From Pseudomonadota bacterium (lineage in GTDB: Bacteria; Bdellovibrionota_B; Oligoflexia; Oligoflexales; RGVZ01), in assembly GCA_041178085.1 (NCBI GenBank), contig JBEGVZ010000026.1, positions 1-64,000 of the forward strand: a stretch of 64,000 nucleotides of DNA, written 5' to 3'. The notes below the pieces were generated by a model. The model was not told where the DNA came from. It searched no databases and was given only the letters and a program-made list of their open reading frames with translations. Of this stretch, positions 48,782 through 58,393 are shown in pieces (position 1 is the first letter of the stretch; each line of letters starts with the position of its first letter). Both the position numbers and the translations under genes were made by a program.

Positions 48782-51063
48782 CTGAGCGCCTTGCGCAGTC
48801 GTTCGATCAATTGTGTCTGGCGCTTTGCAGAGACCTGGTTGCGAACAGCATGGCCAAGCGCACGCTTCGAGCCGACAAAGATCGCAAATTTCCGGGCCCG
48901 GGTCAGGCCTGTGTAGATCAGGTTGCGTTGCAGCATGATGTAGTGCTGCATTGAAACCGGGATCACGACAGCCGGGAATTCACTGCCTTGCGACTTGTGA
49001 ATCGTGATTGCGTAAGCCAGGCGCAGGTCGCCGGCCTCCTCATTGCCGTAGGCGATCAGGCGTCCATCGGGGAACGCCACCAGGACTTTTCCACCGTCAA
49101 CGCCAGCTTCCTGGACAAACCCGATGTCGCCGTTGAAAACGCCGAGGTCGTAGTTGTTGACGAGCTGAATGACTTTGTCGCCCTTGCGGAAGTTGCGCTT
49201 GTTACTCCCTGGCGATGCCCCACGATCCGGGTTCAGGAGTCTTTGCAGTTCGTCGTTGAAGGTTTGTGTCCCCAAGTCACCGCGGTTCATCGGCGTCAGC
49301 ACCTGAATGTCTCGCACCGGATCCAGGCCGAGTTTCGCCGGGATTTCCTCTGCAACCAGGCGCTTCACTGTGGTCAAGACGTCTTCCGCGGTGTCGACTT
49401 CGATGAATTGGCAGTCGCTGGGCTGTCCAGAATTGTCACTGAATTCCGGTTCCTGTCCGCGATTGATCGTGTGGGCGGTGCGGACGATGTGTGACTCGTT
49501 TGCCTGACGGAAGATTTGATCCAATTTGATGAATGGAACTTGCCGGCACTCAATCAGGTCACGAAGGACGTTGCCTGGTCCTACCGACGGCAGCTGGTCA
49601 ACGTCCCCGATCAGTACGAGCTGGGACTTGTCTGGCAGGGCCTTGACCAGGCTCGCCATGAGGCGGACGTCAATCATCGAGGCCTCGTCGATGATGATCA
49701 CCTGGGCATCGAGTGGATTATCTGCCGAACGGGTGAAACCGCCCGCTGCAGGCGCCCACTCGAGCAGGCGGTGGATGGTCTTGGCTTTTTCCGCAGCCAC
49801 TTCGCTCAGTCGCTGCGCTGCGCGACCGGTCGGTGCTGCAAGTGCAACTTTTTTGCCCATAGCCTTGAACAGGCGGATGATCACATTGGCGGTGGTGGTC
49901 TTGCCGACGCCAGGTCCACCGGTCAGGACAAAAATGCCGCTCTGTACAGCGTGTTTCACTGCCTGTAGCTGGGCCTCGCTCAAAGTTGTCCCAGAGGCAG
50001 CAATGTAACGCGTCACCCAGTTCTCGATGCGCGCCGGGTCAACTTCCACGGGGTGCTCGAGGAGTCGCGCGATGCCCGCTGCCACGTCGGCCTCTGCGGC
50101 CATGAGTTCACCGCGGTAATGCCCTTCGGCCTTTTCCCCGGTCGGTGAGAAAGTGTTTTCCGTGATCACCGCGCCTGAGTTTTGCAATGCGCGCAGTTCG
50201 CCCTCAAGGCGCATCCCAAGTTGTGCCTCCGGCAAGTCGAGTGTCTGCGACAGGCCAGAGGAAAGCTGTGGGCTGGTCAGGTAGCAATGCCCTTTTTCCT
50301 CCGCTTGTTGCAGCTGGTACAGGATTGCTGCGCGGACGCGCTGCGGTGAGTCTTTGGCAATTCCAACATTGAGCGCAATGGCATCGGCTTTCAGGAAGCC
50401 GATTCCGTGCAGGTCTTCGGCCAGTCGATAAGGGTCCGTGGACACGATCTCGATCGTCGCTGCGCCGTATAGCTTGAAAATCTTCCGGGCGAAATTTGGC
50501 GTGATGCCGTGCTGGTTCAGGAACATCATCACATCTGCTGCAGCGCGTTGTGATTGCCAGGCGTCGATGATGACCTGGGCTTTCTTGCGCGCGATGCTCT
50601 GGACCTGGGTCAGGCAAGCCGGGTTTTCGTCAAGGATCTTGAACGTGTCCTCGCCGAAGTGGGCGACGATCTTTTCGGCGGTCTTTTCGCCGATGCCCTT
50701 GATCAGGCCAGAAGACAAATAACGGATCATCGCCGGCCTGGAGGTCGGTCGCACTGGCAGCGCCCGCTCAACCTTGAACTGGCGGCCATACTGGGGGTGA
50801 AAACTCCACGTTCCTGTGAACTGGAACAGTTCCCCGGCGCTGATATCAACGAAGTGCCCGGTGGCCGTCACTGTGACGTTGGTGCTGGTGTCGCGCACCC
50901 GCAGGACACTGTAGCCGTTTTCCTGGTTGGCGTAAGTGACGCGTTCCACTTCCCCGCGCAGGGTCGAGGAGGCACCTGCCTCAGCGCGCAGTTCCGCGTC
51001 GGTACGACCTTCACGGCTATACCCGGCAGGGGGTGGGGGTTGCTGGTTGTCAAACGGTGTCAT
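48778..51063 (-). CDS. recD2: ATP-dependent RecD-like DNA helicase
   Basis: N-terminal OB/HhH region (HPQYGRQF, GIGEKTA, GIGFLKAD), GGPGVGKTT, DEASM, GDVDQLPSVGPG, YAITIHKSQGSEF. Confidence 0.95.
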   Translation of the reverse strand: MTPFDNQQPPPPAGYSREGRTDAELRAEAGASSTLRGEVERVTYANQENGYSVLRVRDTSTNVTVTATGHFVDISAGELFQFTGTWSFHPQYGRQFKVERALPVRPTSRPAMIRYLSSGLIKGIGEKTAEKIVAHFGEDTFKILDENPACLTQVQSIARKKAQVIIDAWQSQRAAADVMMFLNQHGITPNFARKIFKLYGAATIEIVSTDPYRLAEDLHGIGFLKADAIALNVGIAKDSPQRVRAAILYQLQQAEEKGHCYLTSPQLSSGLSQTLDLPEAQLGMRLEGELRALQNSGAVITENTFSPTGEKAEGHYRGELMAAEADVAAGIARLLEHPVEVDPARIENWVTRYIAASGTTLSEAQLQAVKHAVQSGIFVLTGGPGVGKTTTANVIIRLFKAMGKKVALAAPTGRAAQRLSEVAAEKAKTIHRLLEWAPAAGGFTRSADNPLDAQVIIIDEASMIDVRLMASLVKALPDKSQLVLIGDVDQLPSVGPGNVLRDLIECRQVPFIKLDQIFRQANESHIVRTAHTINRGQEPEFSDNSGQPSDCQFIEVDTAEDVLTTVKRLVAEEIPAKLGLDPVRDIQVLTPMNRGDLGTQTFNDELQRLLNPDRGASPGSNKRNFRKGDKVIQLVNNYDLGVFNGDIGFVQEAGVDGGKVLVAFPDGRLIAYGNEEAGDLRLAYAITIHKSQGSEFPAVVIPVSMQHYIMLQRNLIYTGLTRARKFAIFVGSKRALGHAVRNQVSAKRQTQLIERLRKALR

Positions 51064-51240
51064 CCGACATTCCCCAGTGGCTGGCATCAGCATGGCTATC
51101 CATTGAAAACGATTAATGAAAGTGCTGCCTTTTTGCAAGGCACAAGAATTTCCCTAAGGGTTACCGGGGGTGGGCCGACAAGAAATCTGTAGGGTTTGTC
51201 GGTTTGCCAACTTGTGGATATGGACCTGAAGGAGCTTTTT

Positions 51241-51678
51241 ATGCAATTCCGCTTTGCTTTCAAGCACATGGAGACGTCCCCCGCCCTGACCCGTTACGCC
51301 GAGGAGAAAATTCTCGACCGGGTCCAGAAGTTTGTCACAAAGCCCATCGAGGCCCACGTGACTTTTACCGTCGAACATCTAAGCCACTCGGCCCACTGCT
51401 CTTTGCACGGGGGTGATGGCTTTAACTTGGAGGTGCAGCACGTTTGCGGGGACATGTACGGGTCGATCGACCACATGGTGGACAAGCTCGCGACACAGCT
51501 CAAACGCCACAAGGAAAAGTTGAAAGGACATAAGTCAAAGCGGCAGCTCCGGCTGCTGGATCCGATGGACAAGAACTATGCGTTCTCCTCCAAAACGGAA
51601 TTTGACATTGATTCGGAGCCGGTAGACGCCGAGGACATCCTGAAATTTGAGATGGCCCGGCGGCGAATGGCGCGGTGA
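51241..51678 (+). CDS. hpf: Ribosome hibernation promoting factor (HPF/RaiA)
   Basis: KHMETSPALTRYAEEK, DMYGSID...DKL..QLKRHKEKLK. AAGGAG RBS. Confidence 0.9.
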   Translation: MQFRFAFKHMETSPALTRYAEEKILDRVQKFVTKPIEAHVTFTVEHLSHSAHCSLHGGDGFNLEVQHVCGDMYGSIDHMVDKLATQLKRHKEKLKGHKSKRQLRLLDPMDKNYAFSSKTEFDIDSEPVDAEDILKFEMARRRMAR

Positions 51679-51770
51679 TAAGACCGCGTTGCCCCGCGGT
51701 CCTGGCGTACGGGAATGCGCCGGAACCGTTGATTGACCTCGTCCGGTCATTTGGGGCGTGTAAAACGATG

Positions 51771-51808
51771 GGGCAGGACCGCAGCATTGGTCCTGCCCTG
51801 TCATTTTT
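51771..51808 (+). terminator. Possible terminator hairpin after hpf
   Basis: GGGCAGGACC-N8-GGTCCTGCCC followed by TGTCATTTTT. Confidence 0.45.
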
Positions 51809-51849
51809 CCCGTGAGAATTTGCCGGCGATCGTGGTACCCACTTCGTCC

Positions 51850-52557
51850 ATGAAATCCGCCGACGAGTACAAGCTCATTTCCCCCGGTCAGAATGCCCTG
51901 GAACCATCGTGGAATGCTCGGCTGGCCCGGGTGTTCTCCCAACCCTTCATGAATGATTTGAGGGAATTCCTGCGCCGTGAACATGCATCCGGCAAAAAGA
52001 TTTTCCCCCCTGCCCAGGAGATTTTTGGGGCTTTTGACTCTTGCCCTTTCGACCAGGTAAAAGTCGTTATCCTGGGACAAGATCCCTACCACGGTCCTGG
52101 ACAGGCCCACGGCCTTTGTTTCTCCGTTCGCAAGGGCACACCTGTGCCGCCCTCCCTGCTTAATATTTTTAAGGAAATCCGGGATGAGTTCGGTTGCCTT
52201 CCGCCCAAAGATGGCGACCTCACGGCGTGGGCCAGGCAGGGCGTTCTGCTGCTCAATACGGTTCTGACGGTCGAGGCTGGTAAACCGGAAAGTCATCGTG
52301 ACCGGGGCTGGGAAAAATTCACGGACGAGGTCCTTGATGTCCTTAACCGGGAGCGTGAAGGGCTGGTTTTTGTGTTATGGGGCTCACACGCACAGGCCAA
52401 GGCCCGGCTCATTGACCCGGCGCGTCATCTGATCCTGAAGGCGCCACATCCTTCGCCTCTGTCCGCCTACCGTGGTTTTTTCGGTTGCGGGCATTTTAAG
52501 AAAATCAACGAATGGCTTGTCGCCCGCGGCGCTTCGCCGATTTGCTGGGTGCCTTGA
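51850..52557 (+). CDS. ung: Uracil-DNA glycosylase (family 1)
   Basis: VILGQDPYHG, QAHGLCFSV, PPSL.NI, QGVLLLN, LWG, HPSPLS. Confidence 0.97.
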   Translation: MKSADEYKLISPGQNALEPSWNARLARVFSQPFMNDLREFLRREHASGKKIFPPAQEIFGAFDSCPFDQVKVVILGQDPYHGPGQAHGLCFSVRKGTPVPPSLLNIFKEIRDEFGCLPPKDGDLTAWARQGVLLLNTVLTVEAGKPESHRDRGWEKFTDEVLDVLNREREGLVFVLWGSHAQAKARLIDPARHLILKAPHPSPLSAYRGFFGCGHFKKINEWLVARGASPICWVP

Positions 52558-52781
52558 TTTGCGATTCCTTTCCCTTTGCAGACTTTCTTTTTTGGGAAAG
52601 GTCAGAGCCAAAATTGGCATTTTTGCAACATCTGGCCAGAACCCTTGTTTGCGGCGTGGTTTCCCTTGATTTTGACGGCGTGAAAATCTTGGCCAGCTGG
52701 ACAACAAATTTTGCCTACCCGTATAATTTTGAATGAATCCCGGACAATCTTCCTGAACACGCCGACTTTTTGGGGGTTTTC

Positions 52782-54926
52782 ATGCGCCTGTTAACCATGT
52801 GCCGCACCCACTGGCTGGTTTTCCCGGCAATTATTGCCGCGCTGACCGCGACTGTCGTTTCAGCAGCTCCGCTGAAAACATTCAACCTCGACAAGGAGCA
52901 TGTCCCTGGCCAGCTGATCGTGAAGTTTAAGCGTGGCGCATCGGCCGAGAAATCCGCACTGGGCGTGCTGGCAGGTTATGGTGCATTCAGTGCCATTCCG
53001 TTCTCGCGGACTGGTGCGATGAAGGTAACCTTTCCGGGCAAGGAGTCTCGCAACTCACTGATGGCCGTTGCGCAGCAAATTGCGTCACGCCCTGACGTCC
53101 TGTACGTCGAGGCGAACACCATCATTCGCATGGATGCAAAATTCCCCAACGACCCCAACTTTGCGCAACTCTACGGCATGCACAACGATGGCTCAACGGG
53201 CGGCACTGCAAATGCAGACATCAACGCTCCAGAGGCGTGGGAAGTTTCGACGGGTTCGAAAAATGTTGTGGTTGGCGTGATTGACACAGGTATTGATTAC
53301 ACGCATCCAGACATTGCCCCGAATTACTGGACCAACCCGGGCGAGACGGGAACAGACAGCGAAGGCCGCGACAAGCAGACCAACGGCGTTGACGATGACA
53401 ACAACGGTTATGTCGATGACTTCCGCGGCTGGGACTTCGTCAACAATGACAATGATCCGATGGACGACAACAGCCATGGTACCCACTGTGCTGGCACCAT
53501 CGGCGGCAAGGGCAATGACGGGGTCGGTGTGGTCGGTGTCAACTGGGACGTCAGCCTGGTCGGGATCAAGTTCCTCTCTGGCGGCGGTTCTGGAACCCTC
53601 GAAGACGCAGTCAAGGCGATTGAGTACGGGACAAAGATTGGCGTCCAGTTGACCAGCAACAGCTGGGGCGGCGGCGGCTTCTCCGACACCATGGCAGCGG
53701 CGATTGCCGAAGCGCAGTCAAAAAACATCCTTTTTGTCGCCGCAGCCGGTAACAGCAGCGCTGACAACGACTCTGACCCGCATTATCCATCTTCGTACGA
53801 TCACGATAACGTCATTGCAGTTGCAGCAACTGACAACAAGGACGGCATGGCTTACTTCAGCTGCTTCGGTTCGACGAGTGTTGACCTTGGCGCACCAGGC
53901 GTGGACATCCTCAGTTCGATTCCGGAAGGTCACGGTTACACCAAATACAGTGGAACCTCGATGGCGACCCCGCATGTGGCAGGAGCCGCTGCACTTGTGA
54001 AGTCAGCATTTCCTGAGCTGAATGCTGCTCAGGTCAAGGCTCGCCTTCTCAATGGCGTTGACCAGGTCCAGTCTCTGCAGGGCAAGACGACCACTGGCGG
54101 TCGCTTGAACCTGGAAAACTCTCTTGAAGTAGACTCGATTGCCCCTGGCGCGGTTGCCGGGATCCGGGCAGTAGGTGCTACCAGGGATTCGGTCACCTTC
54201 AATTTCACTGCGACCGGCGATGACGGCGACTCCGGCCTTGCGAAGGGCTACGAGGTCCGTATTTCATCGACGCCGATCACCGATGCAGAGGGCTGGGCAG
54301 CTGCACGGCGCGCCAAAGCTTCTTTTTCGGTCAATACAGACACTCGCGAAGCTTCGGTTGTGATTTCGGGTCTTGATTTCAACAGCCAGGGATACCTCGC
54401 GATTCGTGCGACGGATAACGTGGGCAACATGAGCAGCCTTTCTGCTCCGGTACCCTACGCGGTGCGCCAGGTCCAGGTCGTCGCCCGCAATACGGCCAGC
54501 TCGCTGGCTGACGTCGTCGCCACTGGTACATGGGGCGTTGAAGATGCACCAACCAGTGAGGATCCAGACAACAAGGTGTTCTCTGACAGCCCCGGCGCTG
54601 ACTACCCGTCCAACAACGACACTAGCCTGACGCTGCCAGTATGGAACGTCTCCAAGTCTGATTCATCGCTTGTCGTACGCATGCGCTGGAACCTCGAGAA
54701 CCGTTATGACAACGGATCCGTGGAAGTATCCACGGACGGCACGACATGGACCGCGCTTGACACACTCACTGGTGATAGTGGTTGGGTCACGCGGCAGTAC
54801 GACCTCTCGGGCGTACTGGCATCGAGCCAAACGCTCCAGGTCCGCTTCAAGCTGACATCAGATTCATCCATCGACCGCGACGGATGGTTCATCGATGATG
54901 TGATGGTGGTCAGTTCGATCGACTGA
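52782..54926 (+). CDS. Secreted S8 serine peptidase with FN3-like and beta-sandwich C-terminal domains
   Basis: Signal peptide, propeptide (VPGQLIVKFK), VIDTG / HGTHCAG / GTSMATP triad, DDDNNGYVDD insert, DGWFIDDV terminus. Confidence 0.93.
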   Translation: MRLLTMCRTHWLVFPAIIAALTATVVSAAPLKTFNLDKEHVPGQLIVKFKRGASAEKSALGVLAGYGAFSAIPFSRTGAMKVTFPGKESRNSLMAVAQQIASRPDVLYVEANTIIRMDAKFPNDPNFAQLYGMHNDGSTGGTANADINAPEAWEVSTGSKNVVVGVIDTGIDYTHPDIAPNYWTNPGETGTDSEGRDKQTNGVDDDNNGYVDDFRGWDFVNNDNDPMDDNSHGTHCAGTIGGKGNDGVGVVGVNWDVSLVGIKFLSGGGSGTLEDAVKAIEYGTKIGVQLTSNSWGGGGFSDTMAAAIAEAQSKNILFVAAAGNSSADNDSDPHYPSSYDHDNVIAVAATDNKDGMAYFSCFGSTSVDLGAPGVDILSSIPEGHGYTKYSGTSMATPHVAGAAALVKSAFPELNAAQVKARLLNGVDQVQSLQGKTTTGGRLNLENSLEVDSIAPGAVAGIRAVGATRDSVTFNFTATGDDGDSGLAKGYEVRISSTPITDAEGWAAARRAKASFSVNTDTREASVVISGLDFNSQGYLAIRATDNVGNMSSLSAPVPYAVRQVQVVARNTASSLADVVATGTWGVEDAPTSEDPDNKVFSDSPGADYPSNNDTSLTLPVWNVSKSDSSLVVRMRWNLENRYDNGSVEVSTDGTTWTALDTLTGDSGWVTRQYDLSGVLASSQTLQVRFKLTSDSSIDRDGWFIDDVMVVSSID

Positions 54927-54952
54927 GTGCCAGTTAGGTTTTCTGGCAGATT

Positions 54953-54982
54953 AAAGCCCGGGTTTCAGGCCCGGGCTTTTTT
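54953..54982. terminator. Bidirectional intrinsic terminator
   Basis: AAAGCCCGGG-tttcagg-CCCGGGCTTTTTT between convergent genes. Confidence 0.8.
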
Positions 54983-54986
54983 GCGT

Positions 54987-55733
54987 TCAGTGCTTGTCCC
55001 AGCAGGATTCGACTTCGATCTTGGTGAAGAACTTGGCGCGGCAGACAGCGCATACGTACTTGGCGCCATCGCGAAAAAACTTCTTGTTGGGATCCTTGCC
55101 CTTTGCCGCCTGGTTGCCATTATTGGCATCCTTTGTCCGTGCGTCCGTCATTCCATTTCCTCCATGAGTCTGGTTGCTCTTCGTAAGGGGTTTGTAACCC
55201 GTTGCGATCGCTGCCGCGTGCTTCAATACGGCCTTGAACAACGGCTTGATGATTTTTTGATCAAGAAGCCGGTTGTGTATCTGGAACGGCATCAGTGCCG
55301 TTCTTGACATCTCATGAAGTACCACAGGACTGACCGTCCGCGCACTGATCGTGAAAGGCAGTTCCATTTTTTTCACAGCCGTAGAAAGCGTCTTCACAGT
55401 TGCCTGGCTGGCCTCTTGGTTTGCGTCCGCGACCATGGTTTCGGAGCACTGCTGTGCACAAGCTGTTGCGTCTGCCGGGTCGGCATACTCCCGCTTGCAG
55501 AAGCGGCAACGATGAAGAACGAACATGCCTTTACGAATCGCAACAGTTGGCTGGGCGTGGAGCTGTGTTTCCCAGCAGCCCTCAACACAAATCGAGGCGG
55601 CAGACCACGTCGGGTGAAGGGCCCGGCAGATTCCGCAGTAGAAACCGCCAGCGGTCGGTACCACCCGTTTGATGATGGTAAAGGCTCCGACGGCATCGGT
55701 GGCGGTTTGATGCCCTTTTTTGAACAATCCCAA
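54987..55733 (-). CDS. Protein with three zinc-finger-like Cys motifs
   Basis: CGIC-x12-C-x3-C, CRFC-x12-C-x3-C, CAVC-x12-C-x3-H. TTG start after AAGGAAG. Confidence 0.65.
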   Translation of the reverse strand: MGLFKKGHQTATDAVGAFTIIKRVVPTAGGFYCGICRALHPTWSAASICVEGCWETQLHAQPTVAIRKGMFVLHRCRFCKREYADPADATACAQQCSETMVADANQEASQATVKTLSTAVKKMELPFTISARTVSPVVLHEMSRTALMPFQIHNRLLDQKIIKPLFKAVLKHAAAIATGYKPLTKSNQTHGGNGMTDARTKDANNGNQAAKGKDPNKKFFRDGAKYVCAVCRAKFFTKIEVESCWDKH

Positions 55734-55759
55734 TGGCGCTTCCTTTGCTAATAAGATTG

Positions 55760-55786
55760 CTTTCGGATATTCCGTTCCCAGCCTGA
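55760..55786 (-). promoter_or_regulatory. Sigma28-like promoter
   Basis: TCAGG-N15-CCGAAAG on the minus strand, upstream of the zinc-finger gene. Confidence 0.45.
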
Positions 55787-55919
55787 GTGGCAGGTTCCAA
55801 GTTACCGTAACTATTGGATTAAGTTGTTTCGCTGCACTTGCAAAAATGACAGGGGGTGGTGCCGGTTGCCCTGGCTCCACCCCCAAATGATTCGTGCGCG
55901 CGTTTCGAACGATACCTGC

Positions 55920-58175
55920 TCAGTTTTCCTGGAATGCGACGTCTGGGATCACTTGGCTTTGCAGCAACCGGACCGTGAAAGAGGAGCGGCCTGCTGGCAC
56001 GGACTTCATTTTCGTCTTGCCGGACCACGTGAGCGAGTGCTGAAGGCGGTCATGGTTCCAGGAGGACCATTTCTCCTGGAAGTACCAGGCCGCCACAACT
56101 TTGCTGGTCTCAAATTTCTCAGCATTCTGGATCGTAACTCCACCAAGGCGCTGGTTTGCCGTGATGGTGATGGATTCGTCGTCATGGGCGTTGACCTGGA
56201 GTGCGCCTTTCTGTTCGGGCGCATTGGCCTGTGTCAAGAGTTCCTCCAGGGTGTAGGTCCTGGCGATCCGGCTGAAGTTTATCCGCAAACTGGCTTTTTC
56301 TTTTGCCGTCGGTGCTTCCCGCGAGGCCAGCAACTCGGAGATTTCAGACTCTTGCTTGCCCCACACATAGAACGCCCAGTTGAAGGGATTCCACTTGGAT
56401 TCGTAAACGTAGGCGCGGGGACCTGCGAGTTCGTTCGGGGTGTATTCGTTGATTCTCCGGCCCCAGTCGACAAGCTGCGGGAACTCAAGGCTGACACCGT
56501 CACGTTGCTGGACCTCAAGCAGTCCAGCCTTTGAGAAATAGACCGGATCTTTCCTGGAAATTTCCGGGCGGAAGAGCTTCCGTTCAGGAACGATGATCGT
56601 CAGGGTCTGGTCCTTATCGAGTTCGACGCCGAGATTTTGGGCTTCGACGCCAGAACTCACTTCCATTGTGCGTTCGTCGGCAGATCCCACCTTCCCGGAG
56701 ATCATCCGTGAGCGCGTGGTAGCAGTTTCGGACACAAGTTTGCCCAGGATCCGGTACTGGATTTTGGAATCTGTTTGCGAGCGCAGGAAATCGATCACAG
56801 CAGACACTTTGAACGCCATCGGTGCGAGCGGATTGCGGGCAGGCTTTTTAGCTGCAGGTTGCTCGTCTTCCGCATCATCCTCTGACCTGCCGGCTTTTGG
56901 TTTTTCTTCAGCTCCCGATTCAGTCGTTTTTTCCGCCTTTTTTTGATCTTCATCTGCTGCCTGGTTTGCAGTCAGAGATGACGTGCCCCGGATCACCCGG
57001 TCACGAATGCTGGATGAAGGACGGTCGACGTCCCACGGATCCTTCTTTTTTACTTTTTCCTCGTTGTCTTCTTCGTCATCTTCTTCGTTATCGTGCGTGG
57101 TTCTGCGGGAATCACTGTTTCTGCGATCAGTTTCGCGGGTGGTTTTGCGGCGGGTGGTTCCGCTGGAGTCTTCATCATCGCGGTCGTCCCGTATCGTGCG
57201 GGATTTGTTGGCATCAGCCGCCATAAGTTTTTCCGGGCTGATTTTCTCCATCATCATCTTGATCAGGGCGTTTGCTGCTTCAGAAAGTTGGTCGGAGTCC
57301 GACTCGATGACTGCCTCTGCGCTGGTCGTGCGGATTGCGTCCGCCAGCTTTGATTTCAACTCGGACTCAAGCACAACGCCTGCATTGACCGGGCCATCGT
57401 AACCAAGGCTGGACTGAAGTGCGCTGGCAACAGCTTTGCCGTTGAACGTCATGCTGCCAAATTCGCGGGTCTCCCGCGCTTCGAATTTGAGCGATGCCAC
57501 CAACTGGATGCCCAGGCCGCGGCTGAGCTTTGAGAGCATGCGCTGGGAGTCCGGTTTGCTGAGCTCGATGGTTGAGCTGATTGTCTCGCCCAGCCAGGTC
57601 GTGAGGTCTGTCCCGTCCGGAGAAAGCATCACCGGTGTTCCGATCCCGTCGATGCGCATCTCGATGTTTGTGATTGGCAGTGGCGACAGAGACCAGACTT
57701 TGTTTTCCGGCTGCTTTAGCTCTTCGTAGTGCTTGTTGATCGAATCCCGCAATTTGGTGAAGTTACATGTATGGGCGAAGCGCTCGGACTCAGTCGGGCC
57801 ACCGACGATGTTTCGTGACTCGGTGCCGCGATGGAGGTTGACGGCAAAGTCGAATGCGATGTTACCGTTGTCCAGGGGCAGCAGCTTGATCGATGTCTTG
57901 TTTTCAAGGTCCCGTGCCAGAGTGACTTTCGGGATCACGAAGTAAGTACCACGGAAGCGCTGGGTTCCCTGCAGGATGTGGTAGTTACAGTCGATTGCCA
58001 CATCTATGGGAACGGGGTCGAAGGAGACTCCGTCCGCCGCCAGGCGTGCGCCATCTTTGTTTGCGAAGTCTGCGGGGCCTCCGCAGCTGCTCAGGTTGAT
58101 ACTCAGGATTGTAGCCAGGATCAGGAATGGCCTGGTTGCTGTCACTGTCGCCTTGGAACCGAGGACGCTGCGCAT
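55920..58175 (-). CDS. Large hypothetical lipoprotein with central charged low-complexity region
   Basis: 751-aa ORF with lipobox LSSC and GGAG RBS. No family recognised. Confidence 0.7.
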   Translation of the reverse strand: MRSVLGSKATVTATRPFLILATILSINLSSCGGPADFANKDGARLAADGVSFDPVPIDVAIDCNYHILQGTQRFRGTYFVIPKVTLARDLENKTSIKLLPLDNGNIAFDFAVNLHRGTESRNIVGGPTESERFAHTCNFTKLRDSINKHYEELKQPENKVWSLSPLPITNIEMRIDGIGTPVMLSPDGTDLTTWLGETISSTIELSKPDSQRMLSKLSRGLGIQLVASLKFEARETREFGSMTFNGKAVASALQSSLGYDGPVNAGVVLESELKSKLADAIRTTSAEAVIESDSDQLSEAANALIKMMMEKISPEKLMAADANKSRTIRDDRDDEDSSGTTRRKTTRETDRRNSDSRRTTHDNEEDDEEDNEEKVKKKDPWDVDRPSSSIRDRVIRGTSSLTANQAADEDQKKAEKTTESGAEEKPKAGRSEDDAEDEQPAAKKPARNPLAPMAFKVSAVIDFLRSQTDSKIQYRILGKLVSETATTRSRMISGKVGSADERTMEVSSGVEAQNLGVELDKDQTLTIIVPERKLFRPEISRKDPVYFSKAGLLEVQQRDGVSLEFPQLVDWGRRINEYTPNELAGPRAYVYESKWNPFNWAFYVWGKQESEISELLASREAPTAKEKASLRINFSRIARTYTLEELLTQANAPEQKGALQVNAHDDESITITANQRLGGVTIQNAEKFETSKVVAAWYFQEKWSSWNHDRLQHSLTWSGKTKMKSVPAGRSSFTVRLLQSQVIPDVAFQEN

Positions 58176-58309
58176 GCGGACTCCGTGTTTGGTGTTTATG
58201 ACGAAGCGCGCGCAACGTATTATTTCTATTAGTATAAGTAAAGTATTTTATTGATTTACTTTTAAGTATTATAAATTTAAGTGTAAATACCTGATTTTAT
58301 TAGATAATT

Positions 58310-58344
58310 AAAAACCCCAAGTTCAGAGGAACTTGGGGTGTTTT
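58310..58344 (-). terminator. Intrinsic terminator of the 58394-59848 gene
   Basis: ACCCCAAGTTC-agag-GAACTTGGGGT hairpin with a U-run on the minus strand. Confidence 0.75.
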
Positions 58345-58393
58345 CTTCAGAGGCCGATCGGATTCCGCAGTATTCACCCGGTTTTCGGGAGAT

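Noticed and set aside
58217..58244. Possible dif (XerCD) site in the AT-rich island
   Set aside because: ATAAGTAAAGT resembles a XerD arm, but the 11 bp at the XerC position (GTATTATTTCT) lacks the expected ATAA inner end.
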